Assembly: GCA_031372565.1 (NCBI GenBank)
Contig: JANMLN010000052.1
Span: 1 to 23,669, forward strand
DNA from: Gemmatimonadota bacterium
Lineage (GTDB): Bacteria; Gemmatimonadota; Gemmatimonadetes; Gemmatimonadales; Gemmatimonadaceae
Reading direction: 5' to 3'
DNA length: 23,669 bases
The translations under genes and the position numbers were made by a program. The notes beneath the pieces were generated by a model that was not told the origin of the DNA, did not search any database, and worked only from the letters and a program-made list of their open reading frames with translations. Below are positions 17,355 to 23,669 of this stretch, one piece after another. Every line of letters starts with the position of its first letter. The stretch's first letter is position 1.

Positions 17355-19067
17355 TCAGGGACAGTCGAACTGGGCGCTGATCGTCGTCGCGATCTTGGCC
17401 TGCGCAGTTCCGGCTCCAATGCGCTGCGCATGGGAAAGGGCGCGACACGCCGACTCGTGGTCGCCCAGAAACGCGTGAGCGCGGACCGAGAAGAGCAGCA
17501 ACTGCGCGGAGTCAGCGCTCGTCGCGACGCGTGGCAGTGCCGCGCTGATGCTGCGAAGCGCGGCCCGCAGGGCCACCGTGTTCGACGAGTCACGGGTCTG
17601 CCGATCAATGGTGCGCAGCGCAGGGGGCGCGTTGAAGGGCTCAGCCATCGTGACGACCGCGTTCTTCGCTGGCTCGCCGCGTGCCCGAGTCGTCGTGGGA
17701 GGCTGATCGCCCTCCGCTCTCTCGGGAGCGGGGCCGCCATTCCCCTGTGCCAACCCTGGATTGCGAGCCGTGCCTGCCGCCTGTTGGGGAGAAGCGCTCT
17801 GTGGCGGCTCCGGTATCGACGCGGCAGGAAACGCGCTGCTGGCGCCAACTGGTTGCGTCGGCGTGGATGGTACGCCTCGGGCAAGGTTCCATGTGAACGC
17901 GGCGCCCGACATGAGCACGAGCCCAACGACGCCGACGAAGAGAAGTCGGCGTACGTGCGTCGGCCCTGCGCCATCGAGCTGCAGAAGGTCCTGCCCGCTC
18001 GGGGTTGTCGCGATCTCTACTCCAGCGCTCTGGTGCGCAGCGACGACTACTGTCGGCGCATCCTGCCGCGCCGCCGCGATGGAGACGGCATCGCAGAACT
18101 CTCGTGCGAAGGCAGCAATCGACGCGAAACGATCCTCTGCGCGCCGTGCGAGCGCTCGAGCGAGCGCAGCCTCGAGCCCCTCGGGCCAGTCCACCAGGGG
18201 GTTCACTTCGCGGAGCGACATCGGAGCGCCGGTCGTTCGGCGGACAAGCGTGTCCGCGAGCGTGGCACTCGCCGGGAATGGCAGCTTGCCCGTGAGTGCG
18301 AGGAAGGCGACCAGCGCGAGCGCGTACTGGTCCGCGGCCACCCCGACCGTCAGCCCCTCTATCTGTTCCGGCGCCATGAAGTCCGGCGTACCGATGATCT
18401 GCCCCGTGGAGGTGACCAGTTGGCTATCCCGTCCGGTTGCCTTCGCGATTCCGAAGTCGATCACCTTCACCCGCCATCCGTCGTCGTGTGGGCGCACCAC
18501 GATGTTGTCGGGCTTGACGTCGCGGTGAACAATGTCGGCGTCGTGTGCCGCCTGGAGGCCAGCTGCGGCTCCGGAGATGACATCCCCGACTTGCCGAGCT
18601 GTGAGTGTTCTTTCGACCACCAGATCCGTGAGTGGGACACCCTCGACAAGCTCCATGACGAGGTACGCACGTCCGTCCGTCGAGTCGCCGCTGTCGATTA
18701 CGTCCGCGACATTCGGGTGGCGCACGCGTGCGAGGTTCTTGCCCTCGCGCATGAAACGTCGCATGGCATTTTCGTCGCTCACGAGACTCGCATGCACGAA
18801 CTTCACCGCACAGTCGCGTTCGAACTTGATGTCGAACGCCGCGAATACCTCACCCATTCCACCGGCGCCGAGCCGCCGGTCGAGTCGGTACCGATCGGCC
18901 AGCACCATTCCGAGCATCCCGTTCTGCCGAGGAGATCGCAGGGTCGCGCCATGGGTTGGACAGAAGCTCGCCTCGCGAGGGAACGAGTGTCCGCACACCG
19001 AACATGTTTGCTGTACTACGGCGGCATTCGGACCCTCATCGTTGCTCGGTGTGTCTCGGTCGGTCAT
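17355..19067 (-). CDS. Membrane Ser/Thr protein kinase with N-terminal zinc ribbon
   Basis: CSVC...FCPTHG ribbon; LGAGGMGEVF, CAVK, HRDVKPDN, DFG, GTPDFMAPE; TM LLFVGVVGLVLMSGAAF; Pro/Ala linker and small helical C-terminal domain. Start ATG 19067 after GAGGGTGG; the ORF extension to 19418 looks non-coding. Confidence 0.92.
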   Translation of the reverse strand: MTDRDTPSNDEGPNAAVVQQTCSVCGHSFPREASFCPTHGATLRSPRQNGMLGMVLADRYRLDRRLGAGGMGEVFAAFDIKFERDCAVKFVHASLVSDENAMRRFMREGKNLARVRHPNVADVIDSGDSTDGRAYLVMELVEGVPLTDLVVERTLTARQVGDVISGAAAGLQAAHDADIVHRDVKPDNIVVRPHDDGWRVKVIDFGIAKATGRDSQLVTSTGQIIGTPDFMAPEQIEGLTVGVAADQYALALVAFLALTGKLPFPASATLADTLVRRTTGAPMSLREVNPLVDWPEGLEAALARALARRAEDRFASIAAFAREFCDAVSIAAARQDAPTVVVAAHQSAGVEIATTPSGQDLLQLDGAGPTHVRRLLFVGVVGLVLMSGAAFTWNLARGVPSTPTQPVGASSAFPAASIPEPPQSASPQQAAGTARNPGLAQGNGGPAPERAEGDQPPTTTRARGEPAKNAVVTMAEPFNAPPALRTIDRQTRDSSNTVALRAALRSISAALPRVATSADSAQLLLFSVRAHAFLGDHESACRALSHAQRIGAGTAQAKIATTISAQFDCP

Positions 19068-19393
19068 GAGTTCCACCCTCGCCTGTAGGTGTCCGCGCAG
19101 ACCGTTGGAGCGCTCCAGCTGAGGCATCGGGGGTAAGCCCGGTCGGCCTTTCCTGCTGAAGTTCCCTGAGCGCAGCGGCTTGCTCGCACGACCAGCTGGG
19201 ATCCCCGCACGTGAAGGGTCCCCAACCGGGCCGCTGGCGCCATGGATGTGCGTCGCGTCGGGAGGTTGGCGGTCGGCATGCCAGCGGCAATCGAGGGAAG
19301 CGAAGAGAGAATGCTCCTTGATCGAGGTCGCATTCGCGTAAACGGAAGGCCAACCTCGCACCGCACCGTCGCCCCGGCGTCGGCCATCCGCCC

Positions 19394-19410
19394 TAGGGCA
19401 TTCGCCCCAT
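19394..19410. promoter_or_regulatory. Second copy of the palindromic operator, upstream of the kinase/exported-protein operon
   Basis: TAGGGCATTCGCCCCAT versus TAGGGCATTTGCCCTAT at 4917-4933 (15/17). Confidence 0.55.
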
Positions 19411-19414
19411 ACCG

Positions 19415-19990
19415 TCACGCCGCCCCCTCGTCGTTCTGTCCCTCGCGCGCGAAGCGCTGCACCAGTTCGGCGCGCCGACGAATTCCCAGCCGCGCATGCA
19501 CGGCCTCCAAGTGCCGCCGCACGGTGGCGACTGTCACCCCCAGCTCTTCCGCAACCTCCCGGGTCGTGGCACCGCCGGCCATCAGGCGCCCCACCGTCAA
19601 CTGACGCGGCGTCAGTCGCCGCATGTCGGCCCGGCTCCGGTGCCGCCGCGTAGGCGGCGCGATGACAACCAACAGCGCGCCCGTGCCTGGCTCACCGCCA
19701 GCCGGGATCACGTGCAGCGTCTCGCCGTCCATATCCATCAGTGCGGTGGCGAGCGACAGCTCGTAGCCGGCCGCGTGCAAGCAGCGCTCGGCCTGCACGG
19801 CAAGCTCAGCCAAGCGCCGCCGGCTCAGGCGACGCCGGAGCGCGGGCGTCACATGCACCACGCTGCGGTCCACCACCAGCAGCGCCTCTCCGCCCGACGC
19901 TTCCAGTGCGAGCAGTGCGACGGTGACGGCGGCCGGTGCCGGCAGTGCCGACGTCGGGCGCAACGGGTGGGGTTTCGGTGAGGTGGCCAT
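19415..19990 (-). CDS. LuxR-family HTH regulator
   Basis: LTPRQLTVGRLMAGGATTREVAEELGVTVATVRRHLEAVHARLGIRRRAELV; N-terminal part may be a degenerate PAS-like region, no receiver domain seen. Confidence 0.85.
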   Translation of the reverse strand: MATSPKPHPLRPTSALPAPAAVTVALLALEASGGEALLVVDRSVVHVTPALRRRLSRRRLAELAVQAERCLHAAGYELSLATALMDMDGETLHVIPAGGEPGTGALLVVIAPPTRRHRSRADMRRLTPRQLTVGRLMAGGATTREVAEELGVTVATVRRHLEAVHARLGIRRRAELVQRFAREGQNDEGAA

Positions 19991-20039
19991 TGTGCGACCC
20001 CATCATCGCGCAACACCGTTCCCGTATGCGGACATTGAA

Positions 20040-20067
20040 CGTTCCGCTATCGTTTCAGGAGCGTTCC
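20040..20067 (-). promoter_or_regulatory. Triple direct repeat with 11-bp period (SARP-type site), array 1
   Basis: CGTTCC 20040, CGTTTC 20051, CGTTCC 20062. Confidence 0.6.
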
Positions 20068-20201
20068 CCTTTACGCGTCATCCGCGCGATGCCGACGCAC
20101 GCTGTAGCCCTCAGGCACGGCTGAAGTGCGAGGCCGGCTGACGTTCTTCGACGGTGTGGACGACCGACGCTTCAACTTCCAGCGCTGGAGCGGGTGCAAG
20201 G

Positions 20202-20229
20202 CGTTTCAGGAACGTTCTGCCAGCGTTTC
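20202..20229 (-). promoter_or_regulatory. Triple direct repeat with 11-bp period (SARP-type site), array 2
   Basis: CGTTTC 20202, CGTTCT 20213, CGTTTC 20224. Confidence 0.6.
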
Positions 20230-20890
20230 AACCTCCGGTCGCGCCGTCGGGCGGCGCGCTGTGGCAATCTCGCGTTGCCACCGAAGCACGTGCCAACAGC
20301 AACCGCGGCAACACCGCACTCCGCGTGTGCACCCGCAGCTTCTTCATGACGCCCTCCACGTGCCGCCGCACGGTGTGCACGCTCAACCCCATGCCTGCGG
20401 CGATCTCTCGATTGCGCGCCCCCTCGGCAACCTGAAGGGCAACACGCCCCTCGCGTGCGCTCAGGCCGTAGCGCTCGATCAGCACGGGCAACGTGGGCAG
20501 GAGGGACGCGAGCGACACAACCGGATCGAACGGCTCGTCGAGCTCGCCGGGAGTCGCCCGCACAAGACGCAGCGACGATGTGGAACGACGGGCCCCGACG
20601 GCTGTGGCCGCGGCGGTGGGGGCGACCGTATCCGCGGTGCCCAAACGGCGAGTTGTCACGGTAGGTGGTTCGTGCAGAGTGCTCACGGACCGTGCGGTAC
20701 AGTGCGCAACCATCGGCGGTCGCCCTGCCCGGCACCATCCTGGATCGTGGAGCGAGACCTCGTCGCCGTCACTCCACCCGTGCACGCCTGGCATCGTCGC
20801 CGTCGGCGTACTGGTTGCGCCGCGAACATGGCACCGCCAACGAAGGTACGGAAGGGCGGCCCGGCGGCTATCACGCAAAGGTGACGGCAA
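20228..20890 (-). CDS. LuxR-family HTH regulator (true start uncertain, probably well downstream of 20890)
   Basis: YGLSAREGRVALQVAEGARNREIAAGMGLSVHTVRRHVEGVMKKLRVHTRSAV; the N-terminal part of the ORF looks spurious. Confidence 0.75.
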   Translation of the reverse strand: MPSPLRDSRRAALPYLRWRCHVRGATSTPTATMPGVHGWSDGDEVSLHDPGWCRAGRPPMVAHCTARSVSTLHEPPTVTTRRLGTADTVAPTAAATAVGARRSTSSLRLVRATPGELDEPFDPVVSLASLLPTLPVLIERYGLSAREGRVALQVAEGARNREIAAGMGLSVHTVRRHVEGVMKKLRVHTRSAVLPRLLLARASVATRDCHSAPPDGATGG

Positions 20891-20960
20891 CGTGAGAACA
20901 GCGAATCACGATCCGACGCGGACGACTGAAACTCGCTGGCACCGAGAGCGCCTCTCTGGT

Positions 20961-20970
20961 GTTACAAGGC
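20961..20970. repeat. 10-bp direct repeat GTTACAAGGC, right copy
   Basis: Identical to 4901-4910. Confidence 0.45.
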
Positions 20971-20999
20971 GTCTCCCTGACCTCCGAATCCCGACTCCC

Positions 21000-21557
21000 A
21001 TGCATCTTTCGATTCGCCTGCTCGTCGCGACCGTGCTTGTCGCCGCTCCCGTGGACGCACAGCAACCAACCGGCCCCAAGGTCGGCGACCTCGCCCCCGA
21101 CTTCACCGTCACCGTGGCGGGCAAGGACGGCGTGAAGTCCGCCCCGTTCAAGCTCAGCGACGCCAAGGGGAGCACGGTCGTCATCGCCTTTTTCCCCAAG
21201 GCGCGCACCAGCGGCTGCACCATGCAGATGGAAGCGTATCGCGACCGTTACGCCACCCTCTTCAAGGACGGCATGAAGGTCATCGTGCTCGGCATCTCCA
21301 CCGACGCCGACACGACGCTGGCCAACTGGGCCACCGAGAAGAAGCTGCCCTTCGCGCTCGGCTCCGACATGGACGGCAAGGTGGGTCAGCTCTACGGTGC
21401 GTACATGCCCGGGCCGAAGATGGAGAATCGCCTCCTGTTCGTCGTCGGCCCCGATGGCCGCATCGCCTATGACGCCCGCCCGTTCCGCCAGGCGGCCGAA
21501 GAGGCGTACACGGCCCTCGGGGATGCCGTCGCCAAGAGCTCGGCCGGCGGCAAGTAG
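21000..21557 (+). CDS. Exported 1-Cys BCP/PrxQ-type peroxiredoxin (Cys paralog)
   Basis: Signal peptide ending VDA-Q; KVGDLAPDF; FFPKARTSGC = PxxxTxxC (C73, TGC at 21216); conserved Arg in ENRLLFVVGPDG; only one Cys. Confidence 0.92.
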   Translation: MHLSIRLLVATVLVAAPVDAQQPTGPKVGDLAPDFTVTVAGKDGVKSAPFKLSDAKGSTVVIAFFPKARTSGCTMQMEAYRDRYATLFKDGMKVIVLGISTDADTTLANWATEKKLPFALGSDMDGKVGQLYGAYMPGPKMENRLLFVVGPDGRIAYDARPFRQAAEEAYTALGDAVAKSSAGGK

Positions 21558-21655
21558 CGCGGCAACCGGCGCCCGATGTCTCGCGCGCTCAGGCTCGGGC
21601 GCTACCTTAGGGGATGTTCGAACCGGTACTCGACGTCCCCCCATCCGGAGCAGTC

Positions 21656-22246
21656 GTGACTCACGCTCGCATCACTACAGGCGCCGCCTTGGCGGCCGCT
21701 CTCATGCTCGCCGCACTCCCCGCGCGCGCGCAGCAGCCGGCCGCGGCGCCCCCGCCGCCGGTGTCCATGCTCGGGCAAGTGGCCCCCGACTTCACCCTGC
21801 CATCCGTGACGAAGGACGGCGGCAAGGTGCGCCCGTTCCATCTGGCCGAGTACAAGGGCCAGACCGTCGTCCTCTTCTTCTTCCCGAAGGCACGGACCAA
21901 GGGCTGAACCATCCAAGTGGAGGCGTACCGTGATCAGTACGCCACGCTCTTTCACAACGGCGAGAAGGTCGTTGTTGTGGGAATCTCCGCCGACCCGGAC
22001 AGCACGCTGTCTGCGTGGGCTGCGGAAAAGAACGCCCCGTTCCGGCTCGCCTCCGACCCCGAGGGGAAGGTGATCAGCCAGTACGGCGCATGGAACGCGG
22101 ACGGCAAGTACGCCAACCGGCACACGATCATCGTTGGACCGGACGGCAAGATCGCCTTCGAGCAGCGCCCGTTCCGGGTGACAGCGCAGGAGGCGTACAC
22201 GGCGCTGGGTGAGGCCGTGGACAAGCTCGCGCCGCGAGGCAAGTAA
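21656..22246 (+). CDS. Exported BCP/PrxQ-type peroxiredoxin, probable selenoprotein (UGA 21905-21907 = Sec84)
   Basis: FFPKARTKG-TGA-TIQVEAYRDQYATLF aligns without gap to FFPKARTSG-C-TMQMEAYRDRYATLF of the upstream paralog; the frame stays open to TAA 22246; GTG start after GGAG gives a signal peptide ending ARA-Q (alternative ATG at 21614). Confidence 0.88.
21917..21945 (+). promoter_or_regulatory. Putative bacterial SECIS hairpin
   Basis: GGCGTAC (21922-21928) pairs with GTACGCC (21937-21943); loop CGTGATCA has G at position 2 and starts 21 nt after the UGA; stem can extend GT/AC across a 3-nt bulge. Confidence 0.65.
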
Positions 22247-22265
22247 GGCCCGACTTCGGACGCAT

Positions 22266-22295
22266 GCCCGGCGAGCGCCCCGTTCGCCGGGCTTT
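22266..22295 (+). terminator. GC-rich hairpin with short U tail after the peroxiredoxin pair
   Basis: GCCCGGCGAGCG-CCC-CGTTCGCCGGGC (12-bp stem, one G-U) followed by TTT; the tail is short, so termination may be weak. Confidence 0.5.
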
Positions 22296-22316
22296 CCATA
22301 TGCCCCGCCCGACGCC

Positions 22317-23669
22317 ATGACGCCGAGCGCCGCCGAGTTGTTGATGGAGATCTACCGCGCCGCAGTCCGAGGCGCGGACCCGGGTGTCGCCGTGCGTGAG
22401 GCGATCGCAGCGCAACCGTTTTCGCCGGACCGACGCCTCTGGCTGCTGGCCATCGGCAAGGCGGCCAACACCATGGCGACGGCCGCCGTTGCCACACTGG
22501 CGGACCAGGGGATCACGATCGCGGGGGGCGTGGTCGTTGGCGCGCACGCGGAGCTGTCGCCGCACGCCGAGATCGAGACGGCCACGGGTGAGCATCCGCT
22601 CCCGGGCATGCAGTCGCTCAAGGCGGCTGAGCGGATCGGCACGATCGTGACGCGAGTGAAGCCCGACGACGAGGTGCTGGTGCTGCTGTCGGGCGGCGGT
22701 ACGTCACTCGCCGGTGCCCCCATCGATGGCGTCACGAGCGACGACCTGTTCGCGCTCAACGTGATGCTGCTCAACTCGGGCGCCGACATCATGGTGATGA
22801 ACGGCGTACGGAAGCGCTTCTCGCGCTGGGCCGCGGGCCGACTCGCGCGAGCACTGGCTCCGGCGCGCGTGCGCTGCCTGATCATCTCCGATGTGCACGG
22901 CGACGACCCGACCTTCGTGGCCTCCGGGCCGTGCAGCCCTGATCCGCTGTATGCAGCGGACTTGCAGACGCTGCTCGAGGACTACGAGCTGGACGCACGA
23001 CTGCCGCACAATGTGCGCACCGCCTTGAGCGCGATGATCGCGGGGAGCCGCCGCGAGACGCCCAAGCCCGGCGACCCGATGTTTGCGAACGTGACGCAGA
23101 AGGTGATCCTGGGCAATGCACAGGCGCTGCGGGCCGCGGCGGCGCGCGCGACCGAACTGGGGATTCGCCCGGTGTTCATCTCGCGCGATTCCATTCTCGA
23201 CAGCGCGGCGCGCACAGGCGACACGCTCGCCCGCGAGCTGATGACGTTCGCGGACAGCGGGTTGCGGCGCGCGAACGATCCGGCGTCGTATGCCTGCATG
23301 CTCTGGGGCGGCGAGACCACCGTGGTGCTCGAAGACGGAGCGCACGGCATGGGCGGACGGTGTCAGGAGCTCGCGCTCGCCGCCGCGCGCACGCTGCATG
23401 GAGCCGGGGCCAATGCGCACGGTGTGTACCTGCTGGCCGCGGGCACCGATGGTCGCGATGGGCCGACGGATGCGGCGGGGGCGATCGTGGATGGGTCCAC
23501 ATGGGCGGCGATGAAGCGCGCGGGACGCGACCCGGAGCGGGATCTTGCGCAGCATGACGCGTTTCCGGCGTTTGATGCCGTGGGGGCGCTGGTGCGCACC
23601 GGACACTCAGGGACGAATGTGCGGGATGTCGTGGTGGGGTTGGTGCAGCCGAACCCCAAACGGGCCCAC
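22317..23669 (+). CDS. Glycerate kinase type 2 (GckA/TtuD-like, DUF4147+MOFRL), truncated at window end
   Basis: Translated by hand from ATG 22317: AIGKAA, GEHPLP, LLSGGGTSL, ISDVHGD, ASGP, GGETTV, GGRCQE, GTDGRDGPT, TGHSGTNVRD; no stop inside the window, hence missing from the ORF track. Confidence 0.92.
   Translation, partial: MTPSAAELLMEIYRAAVRGADPGVAVREAIAAQPFSPDRRLWLLAIGKAANTMATAAVATLADQGITIAGGVVVGAHAELSPHAEIETATGEHPLPGMQSLKAAERIGTIVTRVKPDDEVLVLLSGGGTSLAGAPIDGVTSDDLFALNVMLLNSGADIMVMNGVRKRFSRWAAGRLARALAPARVRCLIISDVHGDDPTFVASGPCSPDPLYAADLQTLLEDYELDARLPHNVRTALSAMIAGSRRETPKPGDPMFANVTQKVILGNAQALRAAAARATELGIRPVFISRDSILDSAARTGDTLARELMTFADSGLRRANDPASYACMLWGGETTVVLEDGAHGMGGRCQELALAAARTLHGAGANAHGVYLLAAGTDGRDGPTDAAGAIVDGSTWAAMKRAGRDPERDLAQHDAFPAFDAVGALVRTGHSGTNVRDVVVGLVQPNPKRAH

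Noticed and set aside
19068..19418. 117-aa N-terminal extension of kinase 2
   Set aside because: No protein-like features, contains the operator-like site, and ATG 19067 has an SD.
20040..20229. CRISPR-like array
   Set aside because: Units are 6 bp at an 11-bp period with no spacers of CRISPR length and no cas genes.
20927..20962. ECF-type promoter (TGAAAC-N17-GCCTCT) or hairpin before the peroxiredoxins
   Set aside because: Plausible but the match is too short and degenerate to call without a cognate sigma consensus.
4901..20970. Calling the block a mobile element
   Set aside because: No integrase, transposase, tRNA or terminal inverted repeats seen; kept only as a hypothesis under findings.
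20493..20999. N-terminal extension of the Cys peroxiredoxin
   Set aside because: Overlaps the opposite-strand LuxR gene; the signal peptide starts at ATG 21000.
21614..22246. Pseudogene or two-small-ORF reading of the second peroxiredoxin
   Set aside because: The only interruption is a TGA at the catalytic codon, with no frameshift or decay and a downstream hairpin. Sec recoding fits better, although the sel genes are not in this window.

Overview
GC-rich bacterial window; the gene repertoire (SARP/BTAD regulator, Ser/Thr kinases, Ig-like+RCC1 lipoprotein) resembles Gemmatimonadota, which is an inference. Left flank: an M20/ArgE-like hydrolase and acnA, each followed by a palindromic REP-like repeat, then a Phd-PIN toxin-antitoxin pair. 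Centre (~4.9-21 kb): an accessory block bracketed by a 10-bp direct repeat. It holds a stand-alone SARP/BTAD activator, two membrane Ser/Thr kinases, two LuxR-HTH regulators and a tightly coupled minus-strand operon of exported proteins (LPP20-like, FlgT-N-like+DUF4384-like, transglutaminase-like Cys-His-Asp enzyme, caspase-like C14 protease, Tat-type Ig/RCC1 lipoprotein). A shared palindromic operator and two 11-bp-period repeat arrays suggest a LuxR/SARP circuit. Right flank: two tandem exported BCP/PrxQ-type peroxiredoxins. The second has an in-frame UGA exactly at the peroxidatic Cys, followed by a SECIS-like hairpin, so it is a probable selenoprotein that the ORF track splits in two. A MOFRL-type glycerate kinase runs off the right end. 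All family assignments come from motif recognition by eye; no searches were run.
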